From positions 372,001-436,000 of the forward strand of contig CM068761.1 of the NCBI GenBank assembly GCA_035084275.1: a stretch of 64,000 nt of DNA. The letters are read 5' to 3'. This document shows, piece after piece, positions 1 through 13,250 of the stretch. The stretch's first letter is position 1. The number at the start of each line of letters is the position of its first letter. A program made the position numbers and the translations under genes. Under the pieces are notes generated by a model that worked only from the letters and a program-made list of their open reading frames with translations, made no database searches and was not told the DNA's origin. This DNA comes from Hydrolagus colliei. Lineage: Eukaryota.

Positions 1-155
1 GGCAGATCATGTTACATCTCGCGCACTCCACTCAACTCCGCAATTTCTCCTTATTGACTATATTTTGTAAAACCTTAATCCAGCAAAGTTACCAATTCCC
101 TGAAATGTATCCTGTTATCTTTACATGTACCCGCCCAGCAGCGTCCACACGGTGT

Positions 156-368
156 GTGCAAACCACACCCTAGACACATGCAAACCACACACTAGACACA
201 TGCAAACCACACACTAGGCACATGCAAACCACACGCTAGACACATGCAAACCACACGCTAGGCAGACACACACCACACCCTAGACACGCACAAACTACAC
301 GCCAGACACATGCAAACCACACGCCGGGCACACACAAAGCACACTCCAAGCACACGCAAAACACACAG
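156..368. repeat. 22-bp minisatellite, about 9-10 copies, unit ~tgcaaaccacacrctagacaca
   Basis: Directly visible tandem units that degenerate toward the 3' end. Confidence 0.9.
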
Positions 369-1793
369 TGGGCACTGGGCTGTCTGCATCACTCCCCTCA
401 GATGGCAAACATAAAGATAACAGAATATTGTTTGGAGGACTGCAAGCTGCTGGGTTTATATGTTACAAAAGATGGTGTATAGGTACCCCCCACCAAGGTG
501 CTGTGTGTGTCTATTGCAATTTACTCTGTTGGTAAAGAGCCGAGTGGCTCTCCAGGCTGACAGCCCCCTCCCAGAGAAACTGAATTTGAGGCTGAGACCA
601 GTGAGTGTGTTGGCAAAGGCCTTTGAGATGTTTCTGTAAAAATGCAATCTGTGCGGTGTGTTCCTGTGCAACTGGGGAGGATGAGGTGAGGGGCGGTGGG
701 TGTGGGGGGGTCCCACCACAGGTGGTCTGGCCCACACAGGGAGGGGGTAGGGGGGTGGACGCCATCACTGCGCTCGAGAGGTATCCACACCAGTTACAGC
801 GACACAGGTCTCTGAAAATTTGTACGATGAAAAGAGAAGACCAACAATAAAATCTGTATCGGCTTGGGCTCCAGGCAAAACAAACCTACTGTACAGAAAC
901 CGCTGGGAGAACTTTACACAACATTGTCGCTCTGCCTGAGCCAAGCTCGAAGACAAAGTGCCAGTGTGGAGCACGGCTGTGCTGACACACCACACACTGA
1001 AGGTCACGGCAAACATCCCTCAAAGAAAAATAACTATGTTTATGTTCCATTTATTTGGGAGAAATTAATTGATTTGCACCCTCGCGTGGCGTGTGAGCTG
1101 CCGCAGTGTGACTGGCAGAGCCCAGAGGGGCAGGAGGCCATTCCACCGGGTATTTTACAGGGACAAAAACCTGTAACAGCCGTTTAAAAAAAAAACGCTG
1201 CAGCTTTTGAAAATACTGTACATTAAATCAAGCAGCTTGACACCTAGCTAGGACTGCGTGCGTAATACACAGCCCCAGGTGAAGTGAAGATCACTGCTAA
1301 AATGGAAATGTTCTGGTCAGGGCCTCAGTCACTGGTGTATAACTGAGGCCAGCGGGAGCCAGGCCGGAGACTCACTTGCACGTTGCTGCCTGAAGCATGA
1401 TGAACTAGCCGTCAGTCACCCTGCCGCTGAGCTGGGCTGACTAGAGCTGGTTGCGCTGGCAGCCCAGATAAGGACCAACCTTTACCACAAGTCAAACATC
1501 AAATGGTTAAAGTCCTCGCTGCTCCTGACTAACTGTCTGACTCCTCCATGTGGTTCCAAAGCGCCTGACTCCCTACTGATGGCGCACAAACAATGGCATG
1601 AATTAGAGAACTGACAAGTCAGGAGGCTGTTGGTCTATTTGATTCCAACTTGGAGCCAATGTCACTAACGCTCCTCTGTACACACTGTACTTTACTGCGC
1701 TGTTAGATCCTCTTTCCACATGGCCACAGACAAGCCTGTAGTAGCCCCTCAGTGTGATGAGTGGCTGACCCGTGTGTGTGCTGTTGTGTTTAG

Positions 1794-1974
1794 GTCTCGC
1801 TAAGCCAATGGGGCTGGTGGAAGGACCGGGAGGAGTGGGTCAGGGAGGAATGGCTGCCACTCTGAGGGACGATAGCCAGGAGTTTGACACCAAATATGAA
1901 GATTACGGCTATAACGCTCAGCTCAGTGACAGGATTTCTCTGGACAGATCCATACCAGACTACAGGCCAAAAAA
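1794..1974 (+). CDS. GALNT9: GALNT9 coding exon (likely exon 2), stem region / start of catalytic domain
   Basis: Acceptor gtgtttag|GT at 1792-1793 and donor AA|gtaagt at 1975. 181 nt, phase 1->2. Translates (G)LAKPMGLVEGPGGVGQGGMAATLRDDSQEFDTKYEDYGYNAQLSDRISLDRSIPDYRPK(K), closely matching vertebrate GALNT9 as I recall it. Confidence 0.96.
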
Positions 1975-2185
1975 GTAAGTAATTTTCCCATCCCATTACT
2001 AAGCATTAACCATTAATGACCATCACTAGCTAGACACTGATGGGAATTGTTATGTCTTCCATAGACATAGAGATAGAGATATAGCCGTAGAGATAGAGAA
2101 CGTAACAACTATTTTGAGCCTAATAGCAGTTTTAGGCTCTTCCACTCCAGGCCTTTAAAGTGAAATACAAGTCGGAATAGTATCA

Positions 2186-2322
2186 AGCCTTGCATTTGAA
2201 ATATAGGCTTATTATGTCTTCGAGACATCTCAAAGCGTTTCTCAGAATGTACTGTAAAGTGAATTGACCGTTTATTTTATGGGTGACTGGCGGACAGCAT
2301 TGTCCCGAAAACAATCATGGAG
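2186..2322 (-). mobile_element. tRNA-derived SINE, 3' fragment
   Basis: Reverse complement of the family tail (ccttgcatttga...tctcaaagcg...ctgtaaagtgaattgac). Confidence 0.8.
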
Positions 2323-2612
2323 TGAATGACCCAATTAGGAGCTGATTCACTCCTGATCTGCAGCAGATGGGGGAAGATGTTAAGTTTGTACAGACGAAGA
2401 GTGATTGAGACGAGCGTTCCAGCGACTGTAATCTGTCATGGTTATTGCTTCAGTGCCCCTCCCAGCAGTATGTATAATACACACTCCTCTGGTTCCTGGT
2501 CTCTCGTTGTATCACAGGCTGGGAATGTAAGGATTGTACCTTGTCAGCCTGTCCCATCTTTTTTTCAAATGACAAATCTTGCTCTGAGTGGTTGCCGAGA
2601 CCTCACTTTGTC

Positions 2613-2858
2613 AGGAACATAGGAACAGGAGGAGGCCATTCAGCCCCTCAAGCCTGTTCTGCCATTCTATTAGATCATGGCTGATCTGTACCTCAACTCC
2701 AATTACCCGCCCTTGGCCCATATCATTGACTACTAACCTCTATCCACTAATTAACGATCTATCCGCCTCAGTCTTGAAAATGTGAATGGATCCGCATCTA
2801 CAGCCTTTCGGGGGAGGGAGTTCCAGATTTCCATTCCCCTTTAGTGAGGAAAAAATGA
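2613..2858 (-). mobile_element. CR1-type LINE 3' end
   Basis: aggaacataggaacaggaggaggccattcagccc...gatcatggctgatct...ggagttccagatt is the reverse complement of the CR1 3' tail also seen at 12975 and 15300. Confidence 0.8.
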
Positions 2859-5077
2859 AGTTACCAATGACACGATTGAATATGTATTGAATTTTTAAAT
2901 ATTAACGCATTAAATTCTCCTCTGGGAGAATCATTCTGTAACTACCTCTTTATCTGCCCTGAATACTGAATGAAACTGTTGAAATCAAACTAACCAACTC
3001 AGGCTCAGATATTAAAGCCAATTTGCACTGTTCATTTCAAAAAGGCAAACTTGGACTACATCTAGTCTTGTATTTCCAGTCACTAACTCAAGATTAGTGA
3101 GAGTTTAACCGCAATCTAAGTTGTGGTGTAGACATTAATGCAGTCGAGTAAGTAACGCTGTTTTTTTTGGCATTCGGCTGCATACGAAAAACAATCACTC
3201 TTCGGTCCTAGGAGCCTATGTGGTGCTGTTTAATGAGTCAATACTTCAATGGAGAACGAAAATAATAGCCCATTGAAGACATCATCCAGTGAGCTTGGAT
3301 ACACAAAGGAAGAGCTTAGTCTGTCTGGTCTGTCAGCCACAGCTTTTATTTTTGTGTGGAACTCAAGAGCCTTAATTAAGAAAGTTTAACTTGAATTGTA
3401 CTGACTCTGTGTGTAACAGTCTGCACATACCCAGTGCTAACTCAAACCTGACTGTATGCGTAGCTCAGTGTCCTCACCACCAATGCTGTGTGTACCCCCA
3501 GTCTGTAATCACAGTGAGCTGTATCTGGGAGTTGCTGAAGTTAATGCCCAAACATGCAGCACAGAGAGTTAGTCAGGTGTCTGCTTCAGGCTGACTGTCA
3601 GGGACAAAGAATTGTAACAAATTGGTAGGTATAATAGGTCAAATAAATTATTCTCTCCCCTCTTTCATCTCTGTCTCACTTTGTCCCTTCGTCCCTCACT
3701 GCGCTCACTCTTCATTATGGTTATTTGAAGGAGTTTTGCTCCTACAGGTTTCCAATCATGGATTCTCCTACTCCAATGCGGTTAACCCTTTCCTGCCCAA
3801 ATAGGTACCAAACAGAGAAGTGAAGTGTGCATGATCAGACTCTGTGACTTGGGAGATTACAGTGATGATCCTCAGTTACAGCCAGGCCTGATCTGATCAC
3901 AATCTGACTAAACATGTGGCGATCTGGCATTGCAATGATCTGTCAATCAGATTAGATCCTCTTCGCTCACCCCAGCATCCTCATGTGCTCAACTTCTCAA
4001 CACAGGCACTTTACCAAGGAGAAACGGTAAGTGGAGAGACCAGCTTGGTTTGTGAAGACGGAGGGAGAATTGACTCTTCCCTTATTGCCCTTGTCCCTCC
4101 TCTTGTTGACAAGACTCTTGAGAGGAAGGAGGATTTTGTTTTAGGTCAGAAATTAAACCACAGGAAAGACCAAGTGGAGACAAACATTGACATTGGAGGC
4201 AAGCAGAGAGTCTGCAGCACACGTTCACACAATGATACCAGGGTGAGAGGCTCTCTGTGAGGAGAGACTTGAACCATTGAGGCCAATTTTGCTAGAACAG
4301 AGAAGGTTAAGATGGGATCAAACACTGGTTTCAACATGCTGAGATGTTTGGGAAGATGTATTGTGAATGTTTGTTTCTGCTGTCCCTGAGTACTCAATGC
4401 TGTCTGTATACAAGACCTTCCTTCCTTCAGCTTTGCTGATCTTGTCCCGGGCTGGCCTGCAGTGTGTGTCATTGACAGCTCAGTCACTGGTCTCTCACAC
4501 ACACAGCGAAACTCGGGAAGGCGTATCACAGTGGCCCCCGAAGGCGATTAGCAGTATTAATGAACCCTTCATTTTAAACACCACAGTCTTCCCTCAAAAA
4601 ACAACTCCACCAATCTCCGCTGAACTGCAGTTGAGGTCAAAAAAACTATATGATGCAAGAGAAACACACTGCCAATGGGCGACGCACGGCTGAGCACCTC
4701 AGTCACAGTGGCCATTCCACTGCTAATGTCCCTTTGAGACAGACAGCTGGAAGAAAGAATATGTTTTGCTTGTGATTCCTATACTGGAACACAGGGGATG
4801 GAATTAGGTCAGTGCTTTTCTATACATTGCAGGCATCAGTCGCGTGGAAAAATAATTCTGCTTTGCAATCAGCTTTATATTGTGGCGTGTACAATTATAA
4901 TCATCCAAATAACCATCCGCTTGATTTATTATTGTAACAAATCAGACGAGCCCACAGCAAATTGCTTACAAAGAGGATGCCTTTTCCTGCTGTATTCCCC
5001 TTTGCCATATTCTGACAAGAATCGTAACACCTGCACCTCACTGCCCGGCCAAAGGCTGATCAGCTTTTAGGATCACA

Positions 5078-5395
5078 TAATAATAATAGTAATAATAAGA
5101 CTAATAATCCTTGCATTTGATAAAGCACGTTTCACCTCTGCTAAACTCTCAAAGCGCTTCACAGAATAGACCGTAAAGTGTATTGCCTGTATACATGTGG
5201 ACAAAACGCAGCAGACAATTGCGCACAGCAGCGTCCCTCAAACAGTCGTGGATTAAAATGACCAATTTATTGTTTTGTTTTGAGGGATTATTATTAGGCA
5301 CGTGTGTGTGTGGAGTAAGGAAACTTGCTCAAGGTTTCGCCTTGACCTGCCTGGAATCGAACCCAAGTCACACGCTTGTAAGGCGAGTGCTTCAC
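5078..5395 (-). mobile_element. Near full-length tRNA-derived SINE
   Basis: (taa)n tail, family body, and B-box (revcomp ggttcgattcc at about 5352-5363) with head cactcgccttacaagc. Confidence 0.88.
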
Positions 5396-6828
5396 ATGAG
5401 TGGAGACCACGTGCTACTGAGAGCTTTATTAATTAGAATTAGTTAGCCTATTCATTGTTAAATGGTGTTCTGTGTGTTTTCCACTCTGGGAAGGTGAGGG
5501 ACTGTTGTCTGTAGCATGTCTGTCCCGGTTTGAATAAAACCTCTTTTCATTCAGTTCACCTGCATTGCTCCATCAACTGTGTTCGCATACTTTACTTTGA
5601 GGTTGAAAGGAAACTCCGCACCAACTGGCTGAATTTTCAACAAGAGACGGTGGGAATGAACTCCGCTAACTACTGCCATTGTACCCTGAACTTCTCAATC
5701 CATCACAAAAGCTCCCTCCGACTCGGGTAAACAACAGACAGACAAGACAGACAATCACCTTTATACCTCACACCAGTGACGACAGATACCAGAATATGAG
5801 CCTCCAAAAGGCCCCTGTCCAGCTTCTCTGTTAATTTCTGTATTTTTATGTTAGTGTTTAATTTGATTCACCTGAAAGAGACCTGATCTCTCTCCTCCAC
5901 ACCCCCCCACACCCACCCCCCCACACACACAGCAACAAGCACTCCGCAGATTCAGACACCCTGCTCATGAACTCACAGCCCCTTGAAGAGCACTAACCTG
6001 TCAGAGCTGTCAGTGAAGGCAAAACACCTTCATCTCTGCTGCCTAATTAAAGAAGCAATACTGTACATGACATGAGCTGCTTCAGAGGCTTGATATGATA
6101 TGAGAGACAAGGCAACAGAGGGCACGGGAGCAGTACGGAGCGGAAGACAGTCATGTGGAGTTTAATACCACACGGACTGGTGCAGTCGATGTAAATCATG
6201 TAACTATCAACCAGGCCTTGACTCCCATATCTCTCTCCCCCACCAAACGTCCCCAACCCCATAACCCAGCCATTCAACAGAGGACATTATGCTGGCCTAA
6301 ATCCCTTCAGCTTGTGTCACCTGATAAACCAAGGTTAAACCTCCCACCAAAGAGAGAGACCGTGACATTTCTCTTCATCTCGTAGGCAATGAAGCCAGAA
6401 CTCTTAATATTTTCATCTTAATATTGTTTGATCGCATCTGGCTTCTCGCAGAGAGTGTGGCATTAACACTGCGTAGTCACTAGCACACCTCGTCACTGTC
6501 CAGTGGGAGCAGACATTCCAGCTGCCTCAGAAGGTCAGGAACTCAATCCAGTTTTATTCCAATCGCGGCGTCGAGGTCAATGAATAGATTTGAGAGGTGG
6601 GGGAATATTCAATGATAAGAGACATGAATTTAAGATTATAACTAGGAAAGATAAAGGGGAGGATAAAGGCCAGCATACAGTTACTTGGTAACCATATAGT
6701 GACTGGATAACCATTCATGTAGTCACCGGCATTCGTGGTTTGCAGAGTTGAGTGAGCAGCTACTGTTACTCGGTGGAAATCTGCGTCTAAACAATCCCTG
6801 TTTTGTTGTGGTTTGTTTGTGTTACAAG

Positions 6829-6995
6829 GTGCAAACAGCTGGAGTATCTGAGCCACCTACCCCAGATTGCCGTGGTTTTCATTTTTGTGAACGAAGCTCT
6901 GTCTGTGATCCTGCGATCTGTACACAGTGTGGTGAATCACACCCCTTCACACCTGCTCAAGGAGATCATTCTGGTCGACGACAACAGTGACAGCG
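6829..6995 (+). CDS. GALNT9: GALNT9 coding exon (likely exon 3), GT-A domain
   Basis: Acceptor gttacaag|G and donor G|gtgagt at 6996. 167 nt, phase 2->1. Translates CKQLEYLSHLPQIAVVFIFVNEALSVILRSVHSVVNHTPSHLLKEIILVDDNSDS (classic GalNAc-T 'EIILVDD'). Confidence 0.96.
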
Positions 6996-8019
6996 GTGAG
7001 TAACAAATCACCTATATTTTTTATATCCAGTGTAAGTGTGTGTATAAATACACAGCACCCAGCTGAAGCAGGGGCTGTCTGCTTTACAATGATTGTTACC
7101 CTCTTTGGTTAGATTTTCTGCCTGTGTATTCCTCTCTGCAGTACACAGGCTTGTCTCTGGGCATCTCCACACCTTGCCCAATAACAACGCAACTACTGTG
7201 CAGCACCTTTCACATCGGGGGACATCTCAAAGCACTTCACAGACACAACTGGGAACCTGAGATGGGGGTGGGCCAGAAAGGTGACCAAAAGTGGGGGTCT
7301 AGAAAAGGTCTTAAGTGTGTGGCGGAGGTGTGTGTGTGGGTGGAGGGGGTGTGTGATGTGTGGTGTGTGGCGGAGGCCTGAGGTGTGTGTAGGTGGATGC
7401 GGTGGAGCTGTATGTAATGCTGGGGAGAGGAGGAGATGGGCGTCACTTACTGATATTTTTGACGGTTATTTTTTAAGCGTTTGATGAAAAGCCCTCTCCA
7501 CAGTATACAAATAAATCATTATTCACAAAACCAGCATTCATCAGATCCCAATTGTACAGAATTGAAAGGTCAGCCTGAACCAAACTTATATTACTTAGGT
7601 CCAGAGTTGCAAGATATTTCATAGATAATGTCCCTTAAAGCTGTGAATAATTTGTAACAACACAATACAAAGCAAATTCTAATCTGATCCAAATCTTCAC
7701 TGTTGCATTACATGCAATAAGCATTGCCCGCTTTAATGGCAATGGCAAGCCATGCAGCAAAGCAAACAGACCAAAGCAACACAGAAAACTGGAGATTCAG
7801 CGGAGCATTACTGGTACAACATGTCTCCACGGTTTGGCAATAAAAGCCCATTTCTGTACAAACACAGTCAACTCTCTCTGATGTCCTCACTGCAAGCAAA
7901 ATAGTAAATACTTCATGTTTATAGCAAGTGGCCATGCCTGATCATGGTTCACCTCTGTATCACCCCTTTGTTATACACAGGCAGATAATGCTTTATCAAC
8001 CCAATCTGGCAAACTGGCT

Positions 8020-8172
8020 ACCTGTCCAGGTGGCCATCAAAGATCTCGACTGGTAAAGAGAAGAGTGCTTCTCTCTCCCGGTGTCCTGACTAATACAGTA
8101 CAGTCGCCAGGTAGAATTGCTCATCAGCTTCCCGTCTGTCTGAGAGTCACTGATGTACATCTATTAGCTGCC
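8020..8172 (+). mobile_element. Degenerate Deu-domain SINE relic (SacSINE1/AmnSINE1-like)
   Basis: caggtggccatcaaagatctc...gaagag...tctcccggtgtcctgactaata resembles the Deu-SINE 3' part as I recall it. Confidence 0.5.
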
Positions 8173-8709
8173 ACTGGCGCCAGCAAATATCAGTCACTAC
8201 CGTCTACAGTAATTCCCACGAAGAGCTTGTGACAAGCTCATACAGAGTAAGGAATTGCATTAATCCAGACACACTGGGCTGTCCATGAAAAACTAACCCT
8301 GATCCAAATTCTGTGGTTGTTTCTGTGGATGTTTCTGTGGTCAAGCTCAGATGAAGTAACGCTGGGTCCTGTTTTGTGATGGTCACAGCCGCACTCTGGA
8401 TGTAAAGGACTGTCGCTGCCTGAAGGAAAGTTGGAATCTTTGTCCCGATTTTTATGCCCGCCCACTCATCCTGAATTTACCTCAAGTACTTTGACAGCAG
8501 AACGCTAGGGAACGATACGGGGCTAGCAGGCGATTGTCCTGGTGTGAAGAAGCAATGTGTAAACGCAGAACATACTGATGGTTTCATTCCCGAGTCAGTG
8601 ACTGCACACAAGAAAATAAAACCCTTCTAACAAGGGTAAATGGTTGTCAGGAACTCATGGGTGTCACGTTGATTGTGGTGATCAGCTATGATTTGTGTTG
8701 TGCTTTCAG

Positions 8710-8884
8710 TGGAGCTGAAATTCAATTTGGACCAATATGTCAACCAGAGGTACCCAGGCCTCGTGAAGATCGTCCGTAATAACAAGAGGGAAGGGCTGAT
8801 CCGAGCCAGGCTGCAGGGCTGGAAAGCCGCCACTGCGCCTGTGGTTGGCTTCTTTGATGCTCATGTGGAGTTCAACGTCGGCTG
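8710..8884 (+). CDS. GALNT9: GALNT9 coding exon (likely exon 4), contains DxH metal-binding motif
   Basis: Acceptor tgctttcag|TG and donor TG|gtaagt at 8885. 175 nt, phase 1->2. Translates (V)ELKFNLDQYVNQRYPGLVKIVRNNKREGLIRARLQGWKAATAPVVGFFDAHVEFNVG(W). DAH is at 8856-8864. Confidence 0.97.
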
Positions 8885-9019
8885 GTAAGTGGAGTCAGTG
8901 TAAAGGGGAGATGAGGGGGAAGGGGAAGCAGTGTAAAGTACATCATGTGGGGTCACTGGGACCCAACAGGGCGCTGATGGCTCGAGGTGAATCAGTGTTT
9001 GGCGTTGCAATAATAATCG

Positions 9020-9270
9020 TGACTGTTTGTGTGGGGGACGCTGCCGTGTGCAATTTGCAGGCACACTTTGCTCACGAATATACAGTCAATTCACTTTACA
9101 GTGTGTTCTGTGAAGCGCTTTGAGATGTCTAGAAAACGTGAAATGAGCGATATCAATTTGAAGGATCATTATTATTAATAATAATAATAATAATAATGAT
9201 CCTCACATGCGATTATAGGGGTTTCCACATCTTCCAGACATCTCAAAGCTCTTCTCAGAATAGGCTGTAT
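9020..9270. mobile_element. Two SINE 3' fragments joined tail-to-tail (+ 9020-9178, - 9179-9270)
   Basis: ...aaggatcattattatt|aataataat...gatcctcacatgcga...catctcaaagctcttctcagaata. Confidence 0.8.
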
Positions 9271-9308
9271 ACTGTATACTGTATACTGTATACTGTATAC
9301 TGTATACA
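9265..9308. repeat. (ctgtata)n 7-bp microsatellite, about 6 copies
   Basis: Directly visible; it expands from the SINE 'gactgta' motif. Confidence 0.9.
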
Positions 9309-9699
9309 GTCTAACCCACCCCCCCCACCCACCATCCCGAGGAAACTGACTGACATATCACAAGCTGCACATACAGCAGTGAACCGCTGATGGCCTGTGT
9401 CACCATCGCACTGAGGGAGTCGGGGAGAGAAGCGTTGCACACACGGAGGTGAACAGGGAGCTCTCTTCTGTTCTGCTGTTCATTAATGAAGCTTCTCAGT
9501 ATGTTCGTTTGCCTCCAAAATCAATTTGTTCCAATCAAGTGTCTTTAAGTGTTACACGTCTCCTGCAGCGATGGGGAAAGTCACCATTAATAATTTAATT
9601 GGTGATGTGCCAATGCTTTGCTGTTTTTAGAATATGTCTTTGGATTATTCATTTGATAGCTGTGCCTGGTATAAGGTATTGCTTGCACACATACAGGCT

Positions 9700-9815
9700 C
9701 TCACAGTCACACACACGCATGCTCACACACACATACGATCTCTCTCACACAGACACACAGACAGACACACACACATGTACAGTCTCTCTCACACACACAC
9801 ACATATACAGTTACA
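9700..9815. repeat. Imperfect (CA)n/(CT)n microsatellite
   Basis: Directly visible. Confidence 0.85.
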
Positions 9816-10663
9816 CGCAGCTAAGGAACCAATGACTCAGAAACATTAGTTATGTCTCAATGTCTCATCCTCTGAACCTCGTGGCCCTCAATGTGTGTGT
9901 CAGGGGGGTGGGGGGGGGGGGGGGAGGTGGGTGGTACATCTAGGAAATACAAGAAAAAATAGCACAGCCCCCACCACCCGACAGAGTTTCTTTACGATGA
10001 TCATTTGGGGAGAAATTCAGCTGTTGGCTGGTATCTACTGAGAGCTGTTCTCCTTTGTTCTGAGTTAAAAGGAAAGCTGTGCAGACAGAGAGTGGCAGTT
10101 GCTGTACCTACCTTTTAAAGACCACATGCTTTGACGCATTTACTCAATTGTAGTTAACACAAGCGGAGTAATTTGCAAGGAGCAGAAGAGCTTGCAGTGG
10201 GGCTTGTGAATAGAGCTCTGGCTTTGATGAACACAAATAAATCGGTGTCTGTTTTGTTGGCATTTTCAATGACATTCCGTCCATTATAATAATGCCTCGT
10301 TCTGCTGAACCCGTGGCCCCACCAAGCACTCTGCTTATTTGCAAAGTGAGACTGGGACTGTGTACAAAGACAATTACGTTAATGTTTCCCCAGAACAAAA
10401 GGTGTACTCTCCCTCTAATGGGAACTAGTTCAGACCTCTGCAAAAATAGCCCTAATTAACCAGTACAACAATGCTGTGGCATACAGCCATCTCCACATTT
10501 AACAATTCAGTGACAGCACCCAGGATATTTAGATATTACGCTTGATGTAGGCCGTATTCCCAACGCACACTCTTGTGTAGTAAAGATCACAGGCACCCCC
10601 TGGTTCCTTGCTGAGCTAGCCCGGCCCAAAGCCCTCACACAACCCAACATATGACACAAGACA

Positions 10664-10806
10664 ATAATACTAATAATAATCCTTGCATTTGATATACCAC
10701 TTTTTATGTCTTCAAGACGTCTCAAAGCGCTTCACAGAATAGACTGTAAAGTGAATTGACTGTATATATTTGTGGGCAAAATGCGGCAGCCAATTGCGCA
10801 CAGCAG
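10664..10806 (-). mobile_element. tRNA-derived SINE, 3' half (young, close to consensus)
   Basis: taataatccttgcatttgatata...gacgtctcaaagcgcttcacagaatagactgtaaagtgaattgactgtat...gcagccaattgcgcacagcag. Confidence 0.88.
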
Positions 10807-12483
10807 TCTAACCAATCACTCACTTATTCCTTCCCCGCATTGCAGCAATGTGACAAGGCGTACAGGTTCCTCTCTCAGCCAAACATGCAATCCATTTGTG
10901 CAAAAGTATGAAATTGACCCATTCTGATGTCAAATGTAATCCAAATAAATGATTACATCTGACCCGCCAAGTCCTTTACTAACCTGTCCTTGAACTGACA
11001 GGCTGCTCTCACTATTGGAAAACTATAAAGAATGGGTATTGATTATGATGTACCTTTTCGTGTCTGATGGAGTTAAGCCATGAGATATTCCAGTCTCTGT
11101 GCCGTCCGTGTGAACGCTGCCCCGCTCGTTCTGTATTACACAGCAACTGGGAAAATTCAAACCCTGGAGATCATTTATTTCCCTGTCAGGGTACAACTAG
11201 CGGTATTTCTTAATAAGGAATGGGGTAGGAGCTGGTATAAGCCCCACAGAGAGGCAGCTGGAATGGAGAAACCCTCAACAGCACAGCCCTTGCTAAGCAG
11301 CACACACGACAGACGGTTTCTCACTGCAGAGCTGCCTCGGGTACTTCTTGTTATGATGGACTGGTGATTAGGTAAATGGAGAGTTATGGGTAATTTAATT
11401 TTCTTTACTTTGTTTTTATCTCTTAATTCAGGGGGAAACAGATGTTGATGGTATGCACTGGGGAGCTCAGCTGCCAGTCATTCATTATCAACCTTAAACT
11501 GTAACATAAACTTGCGATTTCACTTGCCGTTTGGTCTGGAAAAATCGGACCGTTTTGTTAAAATCAGAAAGTACAGAATGCAGCTAAAAATAATTTGTGT
11601 TTCTTCCCATCGACGTTCAAAGCTCACAAGCACTAGGCAAGAGACAAGCAGAATTACTCTCTTTATGTTCCTAAGATGTGGAGCTGAGTCATGAATTACA
11701 TATACCAGTGGTCCCTCTCCTCTCCGCCGGCCAGAGATTGCTGGAGTTGGGAGAGGCTTTGCCTGTGAGATACGTTGTATAAAGGAACACTCAGTCTCAC
11801 AGTAAACTCTTTCCTGTAGGCTCTTCCTGCATAAAACTGCTTGATCTTTGGGTCTGGACTGCAGGTTTAAGTGCTAAAGGATGAATGACATTCCAATTGG
11901 TGACTGTGGAAATGATCTAGGATGTCCAACCCGGGCAGGTTGTCAATACTGTGAGAGGATGATGGGCTGGTATTGATGTTCTGCCACTGGACTCCATCCC
12001 CAACACAGAATTGACGATCTACTGGGTCTCCTTGGACTCACAGAGCATTGTAAAGAGCATTGAATACAACACACATCACCAACATTTCCTCTGCTGTGCA
12101 TTCTGAAACTCCACATTGAAATCCTTCAGGTTTGGAAGAAATATTTGGTGTCTGGTGCACTTTTGGAAATGTATAGATAACTGGCAAGAAAAGATGGATT
12201 GCCTGCTTCAAAGCTGGACAAAGCTGAACATCACAGCTGGTTGAGAACAGTTAAAGTTAGTTTCACACACATAGATACACTTATATACGCGCGCACACAG
12301 AGTCGCTTTTGAAATAAATATTCCCACCGAGATGAAGGGTAACAAAGGTTTTGGAACCATTCACTTTGGTTCAGTGGGGGGAAATAATAATAATAATACT
12401 CCTTCCATTTGGTATAGAAATGCTCATTGGAAGGTGTAATAATGTTCAAGAAGGAAACAAATGAATACTTAGCAAGTATAAGG

Positions 12484-12904
12484 ATAATAATCCTTGAATT
12501 TGATATAGTGCCTTATCATGTCTTTGAGACGTCTCAAAGCACATCATAGAATATTCTGTAAAGTGAATTGACTATATTTTGTGGGTGAAATGTGGCAGCC
12601 GATTGCGCACAGCAGTGTCCCGCAGACAGTCGAAGATTGAAGTGACCAATTTATTATTATTATTATTTTGAAGGATTGTTACCCCCAGATAAGCAATCTG
12701 CCAATTGATTAACAACCAGTTTCCTATTTACTGCTGGGTAAACAGGGGCATGTGGAGAAAGGAAATTTGCCCAACGTTTCACCCTGCTGGGAAATTGAAC
12801 CCAGCAATTGAGACATCGATAAGATGTGAAAATCGCTATATCAAATGCAAGGATTATTATCATTACTTGTGTGGCGAGTACTCTAACCACTGAGCTACAG
12901 AACC
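12484..12904 (-). mobile_element. SINE composite: minus-strand tail/body (12484-12670), a plus-strand tail (about 12810-12862) and a minus-strand tRNA head (12863-12904)
   Basis: Head revcomp is ggttctgtagctcagtggttagagtactcgcc (A-box). Family tails occur in both orientations. Confidence 0.75.
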
Positions 12905-12944
12905 AAGGTGTACGTAGAAAAGGCAGATGGTTCTGAGTTGCAGG

Positions 12945-13011
12945 CTGGCCTGGATGAAAGAAAAATGGCAGAGCAGGCTTGACGGGCTGAATGGCCTCCT
13001 CCTGTTCCTAT
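12945..13011 (+). mobile_element. CR1-type LINE 3' tail just upstream of exon 5
   Basis: atggcagagcaggcttgacgggctgaatggcctcctcctgttcctata. Confidence 0.75.
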
Positions 13012-13052
13012 AACTGATATTTAACCGCGTTTCCTCTTCCATTCTCTGTCAG

Positions 13053-13250
13053 GGTGCAACCAGTGCTCAGCAGAATCAAAGCGGATCGTACACGCATCAT
13101 CCTGCCAGCCATAGACAATATCAAGTACAACACATTTGAGGTGCAGCAATATTCCAACGCAGCCCACGGCTACAACTGGGGCCTGTGGTGTATGTATATT
13201 ATCCCACCACAGGACTGGCTGGACAAGGGTGATGAGGCGGCACCAATCAG
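13053..13250 (+). CDS. GALNT9: GALNT9 coding exon (likely exon 5)
   Basis: Acceptor ttctctgtcag|G and donor AG|gtaaga at 13251. 198 nt, phase 2->2. Translates VQPVLSRIKADRTRIILPAIDNIKYNTFEVQQYSNAAHGYNWGLWCMYIIPPQDWLDKGDEAAPI(R). Confidence 0.97.

Noticed and set aside
156-368. Regularly spaced repeats resembling a CRISPR array
   Set aside because: Units are contiguous 22-mers without unique spacers, in a vertebrate intron with no cas genes. It is a minisatellite.
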